From Verrucomicrobiales bacterium (lineage in GTDB: Bacteria > Verrucomicrobiota > Verrucomicrobiia > Limisphaerales > UBA1100), in NCBI GenBank assembly GCA_005809105.1, contig SYLI01000053.1:13542-77541 (forward strand): a stretch of DNA of 64,000 bases. The letters are read 5' to 3'. Position 1 is the stretch's first letter. Each line of letters opens with the position of its first letter. A program made the position numbers and the translations under genes. Shown piece after piece: positions 28,250 to 38,391 of the stretch. Under the pieces are notes generated by a model. It had not been told where the DNA came from. It worked only from the letters and a program-made list of their open reading frames with translations, and did no database searches.

Positions 28250-30199
28250 CTACTCCGGCGCCGACGCGGGGGGCGCGAAGGGCGTGTACTCGGGCACCAT
28301 CTCCTGGAGCGCGGACTTGAGTTCTGAATCGGACGCGCCATCCAGCCGCCCTTCCAGCGCCTCCATCCGTGCCCGCAGCAGCGACAGCGTCGGCGCGTCG
28401 CCCTCCATGCTGCGAATCTTGGGATGAGCCGTGTGCGCCAGCCGCTCGCCCTCCAACTGCAGTTCCTCAAAGAGTTTCTCCCCGTGCCGCAGCCCGGTGT
28501 ACACGATGGGGATGTCCACCTCCGCGCGCAAACCGCTCAGCTCAATCATGAGCGCCGCCAGTTCGGCGATCTTCACCGGCGCGCCCATGTCGAGGACGAA
28601 CACCTCCCCTCCGCGGCCCATCGTGGCGCTTTGCAGCACCAGTCCCACCGCCTCGCTCGTCAGCATGAAGTAGCGCTTCATGTCCGGATGGGTCACCGTC
28701 ACCGGGCCGCCCAAGGCAATCTGCTTGGCGAAGGTGGGCACCACGCTCCCGGAGGAGCCCAGCACGTTGCCAAAGCGCACGGCCAGAAACCGCGTCGGCC
28801 CCGGCTGCGACGCTTGGAGCGACTGCAGGCAGAGTTCGGCCAGCCGCTTGCTCGCCCCCATCACGCTCGTGGGATTGACGGCCGTGTCGGTGGAGATGAG
28901 CACAAACCGCCCCACTCCCTGCGCTCGCGCCAGCTCTGCCAGCTTCAAGGTTCCGAATGAATTATTGCGCAGCGCCTCCGCGGGCTGCGATTCCATGAGC
29001 GGTACGTGCTTGTGCGCCGCCGCGTGGAAGATCACCTCGGGCGCCGCCTCGTCCAGCAGGCGCCGCATGCGCGCCACGTCGGTGATGTCCGTCACGGCCG
29101 CGCGCAGCACCGGGGCATTGGGCGTGCCGGCCAGCTCCTGCGCAATGGCGAACATTTGCACCTCCGAGCGGTCCACCAGCGTGAGCTGCGCGGGTTGGTG
29201 CCCGAGGATCTGTCGGCACAGCTCCGAGCCGATGCTGCCGCCTGCGCCTGTGACCATCACGCGACGCCCGCACAGCAGCGAGGTGATTTCAGCCGTCCCA
29301 AGCTCGACGCGCTGGCGGCCCAGCAGGTCTTCGATGGCCACAGGCCGCAGCTCGGTCACCTTGCCGCGCCCTGCCGCCAGCTGTTCCAGCGAGGGCACGG
29401 TGCGATGCGGCAGACGAGCCTCACGCAGCAACCCCACCACTGCGCGGATCCGTTGCGACGGCGCCGAAGGCATGGCGATTAAAAGCTCGTCAATCTCCCA
29501 TCCGTCCAGACCGGCGGCGCGATCCAGCGCTCCGGCCACGGGGATGCCGTGGATGTTGGCGCCGCGCTTGCCGGGGTCATCGTCAAAGAAAACGACCGGC
29601 TTTAATCCCAATCGCGGCTTGGCCATCAGCTCGCGCGCCAGACTCGCACCCACTTCGCCTGCTCCAAGAATCGCCACCCGAACGAGCCCGTCGGCGCCCT
29701 TGGCCGGCAGGAAGCGACGCTCGCGGATGAGGCGGAACATCAGCCGTGCGGAAATCAGTCCGGCGAGGGACAGCATGGCGTCCACCAGCAACACTCCGCG
29801 CGGAACGGCGGGCGGCGTGAGGGCGGAATTGAGCGGTGCCCAGCCCAAGTGCCAGAGCGCCAGCAGTGCCGCCGAGGGCAACGCCACGGCCAGCGCCACG
29901 CGCCGCAGGTCGGGGATGCTAAAGTAGCTGAGCAGCGATGCGAACTGTCCGCACGCCAGCAGGCAGAGCAACTTGACCGCCAGCACCCATGGCCAGATGC
30001 GAACGCAGTGCCGGTGGTAGGCTTCCGGCACGGCGAATTCGAACCGGATCTGGTAGGCCATCCACGCACTGGCTGCGAGCACGCCCGAGTAGAGCAGCAG
30101 CAGAATGATCCACCGCTCCAGCCGGCTGATTTTGATCGAGTGCAAGGCCATGGACAGGGGCGCCAAGGCCAGCGTAGGGAAAAGGGGCGCGCCACTCAA
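28250..30199 (-). CDS. CapD/PglF-like membrane-bound UDP-GlcNAc 4,6-dehydratase
   Basis: Four TMs, GAGEVG, TGAGGSIGSE, HAAAHKHVP, VRFGNVLGSSGSV. Start TTG 30199 or ATG 30151. Confidence 0.92.
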   Translation of the reverse strand: MSGAPLFPTLALAPLSMALHSIKISRLERWIILLLLYSGVLAASAWMAYQIRFEFAVPEAYHRHCVRIWPWVLAVKLLCLLACGQFASLLSYFSIPDLRRVALAVALPSAALLALWHLGWAPLNSALTPPAVPRGVLLVDAMLSLAGLISARLMFRLIRERRFLPAKGADGLVRVAILGAGEVGASLARELMAKPRLGLKPVVFFDDDPGKRGANIHGIPVAGALDRAAGLDGWEIDELLIAMPSAPSQRIRAVVGLLREARLPHRTVPSLEQLAAGRGKVTELRPVAIEDLLGRQRVELGTAEITSLLCGRRVMVTGAGGSIGSELCRQILGHQPAQLTLVDRSEVQMFAIAQELAGTPNAPVLRAAVTDITDVARMRRLLDEAAPEVIFHAAAHKHVPLMESQPAEALRNNSFGTLKLAELARAQGVGRFVLISTDTAVNPTSVMGASKRLAELCLQSLQASQPGPTRFLAVRFGNVLGSSGSVVPTFAKQIALGGPVTVTHPDMKRYFMLTSEAVGLVLQSATMGRGGEVFVLDMGAPVKIAELAALMIELSGLRAEVDIPIVYTGLRHGEKLFEELQLEGERLAHTAHPKIRSMEGDAPTLSLLRARMEALEGRLDGASDSELKSALQEMVPEYTPFAPPASAPE

Positions 30200-30942
30200 G
30201 GCGCCTTCGCCGCCCCCAAGTCAACACCCACCACCTGCGACATGCCCGGCGGCGGATGCGGCACCAGCGTGCCTTTTCGGCCGGCGGCGGCGCACACCTC
30301 GGGCGCAGCACCCAGAGAGGCCACTAGTTTTTCCAGCCGATCCAACGCCGACCGCCGGTTCACCAGAGTCAGCGCCGTCAACCCCAGCAGCTGCAGATCC
30401 AACCCCACCGAAGCGTGGCTCACGTAGAGCAGTCCCAGCCGTGATTTCCACGGGCGGATGAGTTGGTTGTAGGCCAAGTCCGGATCGGCGCTGCCGCGCA
30501 GCACGTCGGATTCGTCGGCAAACGCGATGGAGGCCATGTCGGTGATGCCCGGCCGTGCATCGAGCAGATGGCGCTCCTGCGGCGTGTAGGCGCGCACCTC
30601 GCTCTCCACGTTGGGCCGCGGGCCCACCAGACTCATGTCGCCGATCAACACGTTAAAAAGCTGCGGCAGCTCGTCGAGCTTGAAGCGCCGGATCACATGG
30701 CCCAGCCGCGTGATGCGCCGGTCATCCCCTGCGGTGGAACTCACTCCGGTGGCGTCGGCACGAATCACCATCGAGCGCAGCTTGAACATCCGGAACCGGC
30801 CGCCGCCACGCGCCACGCGCCACGGGATGTACAGGGGCGAATGAAAATCCTGAAGCCAGACCAGCAGCGCGGCCAGAGCCATGAACGGCCCGGTCACCGC
30901 CAGACCGCAGAGCGCGCCCGCGATGTCCAGCAGCCGCTTCAC
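30196..30942 (-). CDS. Initiating polyprenyl-phosphate sugar-phosphotransferase (PglC-like)
   Basis: KRLLDI, KLRSM, FKLDELPQLFNVLIGDMSLVGPRP, RPGIT. GTG start at 30942. Confidence 0.92.
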   Translation of the reverse strand: MKRLLDIAGALCGLAVTGPFMALAALLVWLQDFHSPLYIPWRVARGGGRFRMFKLRSMVIRADATGVSSTAGDDRRITRLGHVIRRFKLDELPQLFNVLIGDMSLVGPRPNVESEVRAYTPQERHLLDARPGITDMASIAFADESDVLRGSADPDLAYNQLIRPWKSRLGLLYVSHASVGLDLQLLGLTALTLVNRRSALDRLEKLVASLGAAPEVCAAAGRKGTLVPHPPPGMSQVVGVDLGAAKAP

Positions 30943-31919
30943 CGTGTCAGTTCCCGCGCCCGCTCGGCGAGGGTTTCCGCCGTGGGATAATACGCCCGCT
31001 CCAGCCGGCCATTGGTGGGCGCAGGCGCCGGCGGCAGCGTGAGCCTGGCCGGCGCTGACTTCCATGCGGTGGGCGGCAGGGTCTCGGCGGCCAGCGCCAC
31101 CAGCTCGGCTGAGAAACCGCAGGCGGCCCAACCGCCATCCACCGCAAGCAGTCGGCCCGTACGCCGCACCGAATCGCATAGCACTCTTGCCGCTCCATCC
31201 GTCACGGGGCCGGGCACGGGGATGTCGATCACCTCCGCCGACACATTCTGGCGGGCCAGCAGCTCCGCAGCCTTTCCGCACAGGTGCGCGCTATGGCCCG
31301 TGCCCACAAGCGTGATGTCATGGCCTGCGCGTCTCACGCGCGGCAGCACGTCGCGCAGCGACACGGCCGCCATGGAGGTGTCGGCCTCCGACACGTCGTA
31401 GAGAGCGCGGTCATCAAGGTACACGACCGGATCATCGCAGAGCACACTGGCCACAAGCAGATCGCGCGCGTCCGCCGGCGTCGAAGGCATCACCACGCGC
31501 AGACCGGGCACGTGCGCAAACCATGCGTGCAGCGCCTGCGAGTGTTGCGCGCCCTGCTCGCCACCGCGGTTGATGATGGCCCGCACCGTCAGGGGCACCG
31601 GGATGCCGCCGCCAAACATGTGATTCCAGTTGGCGGCCTGATTGACGATGGCATCCAGCGCCAGCACGGCAAAGTCCACTCGGGGATGCACCACGATGGG
31701 CCGGTAGCCACCCAGTGCCGCACCCAGTGCCGCGGCAGTGGTGGCCGCCTCGGAGACCGGGCTGTCAATCACCCGCGCCGTGCCAAATTCCTTCTCCAGA
31801 TCGCGCATGGTATTGCCCACATACCACGGGCTCCACAGTCCCTGCCCGATGCAGAAGCATTCACGATGCTCGCGCAGCAGGTGCCGCAGGGCGACTAGGA
31901 TGCCATCGGCGTAGGTCAT
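30939..31919 (-). CDS. ThDP-dependent E1 beta subunit (transketolase C-terminal-like)
   Basis: DSPVSE, QGAQHSQ, VPGLRVVMPSTP. ATGA coupling on both sides. Confidence 0.9.
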   Translation of the reverse strand: MTYADGILVALRHLLREHRECFCIGQGLWSPWYVGNTMRDLEKEFGTARVIDSPVSEAATTAAALGAALGGYRPIVVHPRVDFAVLALDAIVNQAANWNHMFGGGIPVPLTVRAIINRGGEQGAQHSQALHAWFAHVPGLRVVMPSTPADARDLLVASVLCDDPVVYLDDRALYDVSEADTSMAAVSLRDVLPRVRRAGHDITLVGTGHSAHLCGKAAELLARQNVSAEVIDIPVPGPVTDGAARVLCDSVRRTGRLLAVDGGWAACGFSAELVALAAETLPPTAWKSAPARLTLPPAPAPTNGRLERAYYPTAETLAERARELTR

Positions 31920-32962
31920 GGGGCCGAGAAGACGCGTCCTTGCAGCGCCGCCTGCGGGGGATCGGGTGCCGCCTGCGCCGCATCCCAAGCCTGGGCGACG
32001 GCCGCGCGTGCATGCGCCTGGGCTTCGCTGAGCGCAGCGGCGGAAAGATGGCCGGCCTGCTCAAGCGCCGCCGCCAAACGCCCGATGGGATCGCGCAGCT
32101 TCCACTGCGCCAGGTCGTCCTTGCGTTTCACGCCCACGTCCACGTCCTCGCTCGGGCCCACGTGGCCACGCCACCGGTAGGTGAGGGCCTCGATGTAAAA
32201 AGGCCCCGCGCCTGAGCGGGCGTGGTCCGCCGCCTGCCGCATCGCCGCCACCACCGCGGGCAGATCGTTGCCTTCCACGCGCAGAAAGGGAATGCAATGA
32301 GCCACGGCATGGCGGCAGGTGGAATCGGCCGGCTGGCGCAGCCCGATGTGGAGGTGGCTTGAGTAGAGATTGTTTTCGCAGAAAAAAACGACCGGCAGGC
32401 GCAGCGTGGCAGCAAGGTTGAGCGACTCATGGAAGACGCCTTCTTCCGTGGCTCCATCGCCAAAGCAGGTGACGGCCAGCGCGCCCCTGCCGTCCATCTG
32501 GGCCGCCAGCGCCGCGCCTGTGGCAATGGGAATGGTGGCGCCGACGATGGGCACCGAACCCCAAAACTGGTGCGCCACATCGCGAAGGTGCATCGAGCCG
32601 CCCATGCCGCGCGAGCAACCGGTATCGCGTCCCAACACTTCATCCAAGAGCTGGCGGGGGCTCCCGCCCAACGCCAGAAAGTGCGCATGCGATCGGTGCG
32701 CACCAAAGACGCGATCGTGCGGCTGGATTTGCGAAGCCATGCCGACGGCAGCCGCCTCTTGGCCGATGGCCAGATGGCACGGGCACCGGATGGTCCCGGC
32801 GCGGACACCCTCGCCGATGCACACCTCCACCGCGCGAATGAGCAGCAGCGTGTCCAGCGCGGTAATCGCCTTGGCCGGCGGCAGGTCTCGCAGATCCACT
32901 GGCTCGTGGTACTGCGCGGGATCCGCCAGTGCGCCCAGTGTGGCCGGATCAGGCGACGCCAT
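31916..32962 (-). CDS. ThDP-dependent E1 alpha subunit
   Basis: HLAIGQEA, GMGGSMH, GDGATEEG...CENN, TYRWRGH. Confidence 0.92.
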   Translation of the reverse strand: MASPDPATLGALADPAQYHEPVDLRDLPPAKAITALDTLLLIRAVEVCIGEGVRAGTIRCPCHLAIGQEAAAVGMASQIQPHDRVFGAHRSHAHFLALGGSPRQLLDEVLGRDTGCSRGMGGSMHLRDVAHQFWGSVPIVGATIPIATGAALAAQMDGRGALAVTCFGDGATEEGVFHESLNLAATLRLPVVFFCENNLYSSHLHIGLRQPADSTCRHAVAHCIPFLRVEGNDLPAVVAAMRQAADHARSGAGPFYIEALTYRWRGHVGPSEDVDVGVKRKDDLAQWKLRDPIGRLAAALEQAGHLSAAALSEAQAHARAAVAQAWDAAQAAPDPPQAALQGRVFSAP

Positions 32963-34064
32963 AGAATTTCCGGATCGCACCACAAATGAAATCCACCTCG
33001 TCGTCGGTGAGCGAGGTGTTCATCGGCAGCAGGAAGCAGCGCTTAAAGAGGCGATCGGTGTGCGGCAGATGGACTTGGTCAAAGCCAAGGCCGCTCAGCC
33101 TGTGGACGGGTTTGCCTCCCCACTGCACGAGCGTGCCCACGCCCTGCTCCAAGAGGTGCGCCCTCAGCGCGTCGCGACGGCCCGATTCCACTTCGTAGTT
33201 TTGATAGACATCATAACGGCCGTTCTCGTCAGGCCCGGGCGGCAGTGTTAGATCCTCCAGCATGGACAGCCCAGCGCGGTAGCGGGCGGCGAGCGCGCGC
33301 CGGCGTTCCATTTCCGCCGGGTAATGCTTGAGCTTGGCCAGCAGCACCGCCGCCTGCACGGTGTCCAGCCGCGAGTTAAATCCCCACGTCACCACCTCGC
33401 CTAGTTCGTTGCGCCCGTGGTCACGCAGCAGGCGCACGCGGCGGGCCATGTCGTCATCGTTGGTCATTACCAAGCCGCCGTCACCCAGGCAGCCGAGCAA
33501 CTTGGCGGGGTAGAGGCTGATCATCCCTGCCAGACCGAAAGTGCCAGCGCAACGGCCCTGAAAGCGTGCGCCCAGCGCCTGCGCGGCGTCCTCGATGAGC
33601 AGCAGACCATGCCGCTGCGCCAGCGCCGAGAGCGCCTCCATGTCGCAGACACGGCCATTGAGCTGCGTGGGCAGCAGCGCGCGCGTGCGCGACGTGATGG
33701 CGGCCTCCACCGCCCGCGCGTCGATGAGGTGATCCGCGCCGCATTCCACCAGCACGGGTTTGGCGCCGTTGAAGTGCACGGCAGCGGCCGTCGCAACGTA
33801 GGTGTGTGACGCGAGAATGACTTCATCACCGGGGCCGACGCCCGCAGCGCGCAGGGCGATAATGAGCCCGTCGGTTCCGTTGGCCACGCCCACGACATGG
33901 CGCGCGCCCGTGAGCTTCGCGATGCCCTCCTCGAACTGGCGCACCTCGTCCTGCAGGATGTACGCGCCTCGTTCCATGGTGAGAAGCATCGCCGACATCA
34001 CTTCTTCGCGGTGCTGCGCAAAGACGTGCGGGTAGCGGAAAAAAGGGATCTTGAGCGCCGCCAT
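32949..34064 (-). CDS. DegT/DnrJ/EryC1/StrS sugar aminotransferase
   Basis: ANGTDGL, EDAAQA, SLYPAKLLGCLGDGG, NSRLD. Confidence 0.92.
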   Translation of the reverse strand: MAALKIPFFRYPHVFAQHREEVMSAMLLTMERGAYILQDEVRQFEEGIAKLTGARHVVGVANGTDGLIIALRAAGVGPGDEVILASHTYVATAAAVHFNGAKPVLVECGADHLIDARAVEAAITSRTRALLPTQLNGRVCDMEALSALAQRHGLLLIEDAAQALGARFQGRCAGTFGLAGMISLYPAKLLGCLGDGGLVMTNDDDMARRVRLLRDHGRNELGEVVTWGFNSRLDTVQAAVLLAKLKHYPAEMERRRALAARYRAGLSMLEDLTLPPGPDENGRYDVYQNYEVESGRRDALRAHLLEQGVGTLVQWGGKPVHRLSGLGFDQVHLPHTDRLFKRCFLLPMNTSLTDDEVDFICGAIRKFYGVA

Positions 34065-34135
34065 AAAGCGAAACCGCGCCGAGCGTAGAGGCGCGCGGCG
34101 CGGCTGCAAATCCCAATCTCTTAACAAGCCTGCCG

Positions 34136-34903
34136 TCAGCCGGGCTTGCGCGAATGGACGACGATTTTGAAGGCCCACTCGCGCAGGCGCCCGCGCGGCT
34201 CGCGCGCCTCAACCCAGCACCCGGCTTGGCGCCCATCGCACCAGAGCCGCAGCAGCGGCAGCAGAAACGCCAGCACGTCGAAGTGCTCCACCTGCGTTCC
34301 GGGAAAGCGCTCGCTCCACTGTGCCAGCCAGCGCCTGTTGGGAATGCGCCGATTCACCATTGCGGTGCGCCGCCCGCGCAGTCGGTGCAGCCACCGGTTG
34401 AAGCGGTAGATGGGACTGTGGTTATACGAGTCCACCGCCACGAACCAGCCGCCGGGCCGCAGCACGCGAAAGATTTCGTCGCGCACCCGCTGCCAGTCGC
34501 CGTACGAAAGTCCGCCTGCGCACGTCACGCCGCCGAACGCGCCATCCTCGAAGGGAAGCTGTTCGCAGTCGCCCTGCACCCAGTGCATCCTTTCGTGCAG
34601 TGCCTCCGGAGTGCGCCTGGCCGCAAGCACGAGCGCCCTGTCGGAAAAGTCCAGCCCGGTCACTCGCGCGCCCACCGACGCCGCCACGAAGCTGAACTGC
34701 CCGTCGCCACAGCACAAGTCCAGCACAGCGTCACCGGGCTTGTTGAGGCTGCATACGAGGGATGCAAATCGCAGATATGGCCGGCGCAATTCCTCCGGAA
34801 TCCCATCCGCCCCGAGGGGTGCCAGCGGGTTCGGCGCGGCAAGCGACTGCGCGGCGCGGTCGTCGTACCGTCTGCGCTCGGTCTCTTTATCGGCCTGCGT
34901 CAT
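34136..34903 (-). CDS. Class I SAM-dependent methyltransferase
   Basis: VLDLCCGDG, GDCEQLPFEDGAF, RVLRPGG. Confidence 0.88.
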   Translation of the reverse strand: MTQADKETERRRYDDRAAQSLAAPNPLAPLGADGIPEELRRPYLRFASLVCSLNKPGDAVLDLCCGDGQFSFVAASVGARVTGLDFSDRALVLAARRTPEALHERMHWVQGDCEQLPFEDGAFGGVTCAGGLSYGDWQRVRDEIFRVLRPGGWFVAVDSYNHSPIYRFNRWLHRLRGRRTAMVNRRIPNRRWLAQWSERFPGTQVEHFDVLAFLLPLLRLWCDGRQAGCWVEAREPRGRLREWAFKIVVHSRKPG

Positions 34904-35981
34904 CTGGAGTTGCCTGCGGGAGTGGAGGCCATGCGCGGAATCGCCCCGCCCCCGGCCAGGGCTCGCGGATGCTTTGCACCGGCGCCGTGCCCGTCAGCAG
35001 CCGCAGCAGTCCCGCCAGCACACCCACTCCATGCAGGAAATGAAACAGGAAGAAGGCGAAGGGCAGGACGAGAATGTGCCGCGGATCGCGATAGCGCGCC
35101 GCTTGTTGGGCACCGGCCACGATTGCCAGCGTCGCATACAGAACCATGGCGGCGCCAAAGCCCCATCCAATCCATGGCCAATGCGGAGTCAGTGCCGCCC
35201 CACCAATGACCCCAAGGGCGAACACGCCGGTGATGGCGTGGCGCGGCGCAAACGCGTAGGGCGCCAGATACCACATATACGCATTGTAGGGCGCCTCCCA
35301 CCGGAGCTGTTTTATGAGGAAGCCCCAAAATGAAGCCTGGTTGTAATAGGCAGAAACGATGGCCGGGTTCAGCCACACCTTGGCTCCCGCGGCGATGGCG
35401 CGGCGGTTGAACTCGTAGTCTTGGGCGCGAACAAGGCGCTCATCAAAACGACCCGCGCGTTCAAACACCGAGCGGCGATAGAGTGCAAAGGGGACGGTGT
35501 CGGCCGGCCCTTCCTCTGCTCCCGTGCGGAAGCCCGACCCTCCCACACCAAAGCGATGCGTGGTCAATGCCTGCACGACGGCCGCCCCGTATCCCGGGCC
35601 GCCGACGCGCGTCTCCAACACACCGCCCACAATGTCCGCCGAGGTGCGCCGGGCGGTCTCAAGCAGGAGCGACAAGTAATCGGCCGGATACTCCGCATGG
35701 GCACCAAGCCACAACAGGAATTCACCGGGCTTCGCGTCCAGCGCTTGGTTGAGCGCTGCGGCCTGCCGTCGCATGGGGTTGAGAAAATACCGGACGCGCG
35801 GCTCACGTGCGCCCCAATCTTGGATGACTTTGGCTGTGCGATCCTCGGACGCGCCGTCAAACACCCAGACCTGCCAAGAGACGGCCTCCAAGCCGGTGAA
35901 TTGGAGGATGGATTCCAGACACGGCCCGATGCGCGATTCCTCGTTGCGCACCGCGATGACGACGGTGACCGATTCAGGCAT
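34887..35981 (-). CDS. GT2 glycosyltransferase with C-terminal TMs
   Basis: VIAVRNEE, DGASED, GRFDERLVRAQDYE. Confidence 0.9.
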   Translation of the reverse strand: MPESVTVVIAVRNEESRIGPCLESILQFTGLEAVSWQVWVFDGASEDRTAKVIQDWGAREPRVRYFLNPMRRQAAALNQALDAKPGEFLLWLGAHAEYPADYLSLLLETARRTSADIVGGVLETRVGGPGYGAAVVQALTTHRFGVGGSGFRTGAEEGPADTVPFALYRRSVFERAGRFDERLVRAQDYEFNRRAIAAGAKVWLNPAIVSAYYNQASFWGFLIKQLRWEAPYNAYMWYLAPYAFAPRHAITGVFALGVIGGAALTPHWPWIGWGFGAAMVLYATLAIVAGAQQAARYRDPRHILVLPFAFFLFHFLHGVGVLAGLLRLLTGTAPVQSIREPWPGAGRFRAWPPLPQATPDDAGR

Positions 35982-37053
35982 GGTCCGCCAGGATGCGCAC
36001 TATTTCCTCAGCCGCCCGGCCATCGCCGTAGGGCAGTTGGTTTACCGGCGGCAATGCGCTCCCGCGCGCGGACGCCACGGCATGGACAATGGCATCGGCA
36101 TCGGCGGGATTGGCGAGGCGGTTCCATCCGCCCTCGACAAGTTCCACCCATTCGGTTTCGGTGCGCACCGTCACACATGGCACACCATGGAACGCGGCCT
36201 CCTTTTGCACGCCGCCCGAGTCGGTGAGAATGACGGCGGCCGATTGCTCAAGGCGCTGCATGTGCAAATAGCCGACCGGACTCTCCATCCGCACGGCCGG
36301 ATTGATGCCCGCGAGCGCCAGCTCTTTCCTTGTGCGAGGATGCACGGGCCAAATCACCGGGAGGTTCAGGTTGATTCGTTCGAGGGCCGAAACGATGGCA
36401 CCGAGCCGGGCGGCGCAGTCGGCGTTTTCCGCGCGGTGAATTGTGGCGAGCAGGTAGCCCTTCTCTTTCAGCCCCCAGTCTTGAAGAATCTGGGATTGGC
36501 TGCGGGCCAGCGCCCCATAGTGCAGTGTCGCGTCGTACATCACATCACCCACCTGATGGACGGAAGGGCCAGCGATGCCCTCCCGGGCAAGATTCTGAAC
36601 AGCCTGCTGGGTTGGAGCAAAAAGCAGGCTCGAAAGATGGTCTGCGACGACGCGGTTGAGCTCCTCGGGCATGGCTCGATTGTAGGAACGCAAACCAGCC
36701 TCCACATGCGCGACCGGCACGCGCAACTTGGCCGCCGCCAGTGCGCCTGCTAAGGTCGAGTTGGTGTCGCCATAGACGACCACCCACTGCGGCTTTTGCT
36801 CGAGGATGACCCGCTCGAGTGCCGAGAGCATCCGGCCAGTCTGGTCGCCATTGAGCCCGGAGCCGATTCCCAGATTGTATTTCGGCCTTGGGATCTCCAA
36901 CTCGCGGAAGAACACCTCCGACATCGTCTCGTCGTAGTGTTGCCCCGTGTGGACACAGACTTCATGAAGCCGCCCGTGCCGCGCGATGACGCGGGAAACC
37001 ATGGCGGCCTTGATGAATTGCGGCCGAGCCCCAACAATGGTGAGGAGGGTCAC
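35974..37053 (-). CDS. wecB: UDP-GlcNAc 2-epimerase, non-hydrolysing (WecB/WbpI-like)
   Basis: GARPQFIK, HTGQHYD, GDTNST, HVEAGLRS, TDSGGVQKEA. Confidence 0.93.
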   Translation of the reverse strand: MTLLTIVGARPQFIKAAMVSRVIARHGRLHEVCVHTGQHYDETMSEVFFRELEIPRPKYNLGIGSGLNGDQTGRMLSALERVILEQKPQWVVVYGDTNSTLAGALAAAKLRVPVAHVEAGLRSYNRAMPEELNRVVADHLSSLLFAPTQQAVQNLAREGIAGPSVHQVGDVMYDATLHYGALARSQSQILQDWGLKEKGYLLATIHRAENADCAARLGAIVSALERINLNLPVIWPVHPRTRKELALAGINPAVRMESPVGYLHMQRLEQSAAVILTDSGGVQKEAAFHGVPCVTVRTETEWVELVEGGWNRLANPADADAIVHAVASARGSALPPVNQLPYGDGRAAEEIVRILADHA

Positions 37054-37092
37054 TTTCGCTTGCCGTTGCCCTGTGTTTTAAATGAAGGGCTT

Positions 37093-38391
37093 CTAACCGT
37101 AGAGTCGCTGCTTGAGCAGCGTTACCCGCAATAGATTGCCGACGGCAGTGGGCAGCATCCTCCAAATCTGCCTCCGCAATCGCAGGTACAAACTATCACC
37201 GGCCCTCAGGGAGCTTTGGCTGTGGCGCCCCAGCATGGCGCCCCATTCCGAAGCGCCAAACCCCTCCGCGGGATGCGCGCCACGCTTCTCCCACTCTCGA
37301 TTCAAATCTTCGTCAATGTCCTTGATGAAGGATCGGTATGAAAACTTGCCACTTTCGACAATTTCCCGCCTTGTCCGATCCGCCAACTCCTGTAGAAATG
37401 CATCATCGCGCAGTTTGGAAACCACTGCAGCCATGTTGGAATGATCCTTCGCCAAGGGGATGTAATGACGATCCGCCGCCAATACGCCTGAGTAGGCTCC
37501 CGGGTACATGATCATCGCAGTGCCGAAAGCCGCTGACTCAAAGCAGCGAGGCGAGATGGCAAACAAGGGCACATTGCCATCCTCACGGAGCAACTCCCCG
37601 GGAACGTCCTCGAATCTGGCGAAGGGATGGAAGGCCTGGAAACGATCCAGCCGATATTCAATCTTGCCCGTAAAATCCACCAGGCTCGTTCCGCTTTCGG
37701 TGCCCAGCGTCGCCCGGCAATTGGCAAGAAACTTAAACCAATGCTCACCGTACAGACGGTCGCGCTCCTTCGATGAAATGTCACACCGCAATCCAAAGGC
37801 GGGTGCGGCCCTATCAAATTTTTCTCCTATCCAGGCCTTCTCCATCGCGTGTCTCCCCAACCAATACGGGCACTTCCGTGCTCGATACCCCACGTCAATG
37901 GGCCTGCCTTTGATGGGCTGAAGCACAACGCGCTCCATCGCTTCAGGCACGAATCCAGTCAGAGTGGAACGAAGCTGAACTTGGTTCCCAAGTCGGCCCC
38001 CATAGATTTGCCTCATGACGGGCTCTGGCGCGACGGAATAGAGCAGATCGATTCCCAAGCTCTGGATACTCGCACAGAGCCGGTCAACCCGCCGGTATTC
38101 ATCCTGCACAAAGAGGATCTTGAGCCCGCGGTACCGGGCGATTCTCAAGGCCGTTTCCCGGGGAAGATAAGTCTCTTGGAACACCGGAATGGAATAGTGA
38201 ATCACTAAAGCATCGAATCGCCCCAGATCCAATTCCTCCGGAATCCCCTTTACCGACGACCATTCGCAGACTTGGTGGGACGAATACCTGCGAAACGAAT
38301 CGATGTGGTCAATGATGGTGCCGGCGTTGCTGCCATCCTTGGGCCGGTTGCAAAGAAGGAGGATGTGCCGCTTGGGTTTTTCGGGAGTCAT
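37093..38391 (-). CDS. Glycosyltransferase-like hypothetical protein
   Basis: ATGA coupling to the upstream gene; QDEYR, IDVGYRAR, ISPRCFESAAFGT (GT-B-like C-terminal segment). Confidence 0.6.
   Translation of the reverse strand: MTPEKPKRHILLLCNRPKDGSNAGTIIDHIDSFRRYSSHQVCEWSSVKGIPEELDLGRFDALVIHYSIPVFQETYLPRETALRIARYRGLKILFVQDEYRRVDRLCASIQSLGIDLLYSVAPEPVMRQIYGGRLGNQVQLRSTLTGFVPEAMERVVLQPIKGRPIDVGYRARKCPYWLGRHAMEKAWIGEKFDRAAPAFGLRCDISSKERDRLYGEHWFKFLANCRATLGTESGTSLVDFTGKIEYRLDRFQAFHPFARFEDVPGELLREDGNVPLFAISPRCFESAAFGTAMIMYPGAYSGVLAADRHYIPLAKDHSNMAAVVSKLRDDAFLQELADRTRREIVESGKFSYRSFIKDIDEDLNREWEKRGAHPAEGFGASEWGAMLGRHSQSSLRAGDSLYLRLRRQIWRMLPTAVGNLLRVTLLKQRLYG

Noticed and set aside
30939-32962. 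Housekeeping pyruvate dehydrogenase
   Set aside because: No E2/E3 or lipoyl domains, and it is embedded in the glycan operon.
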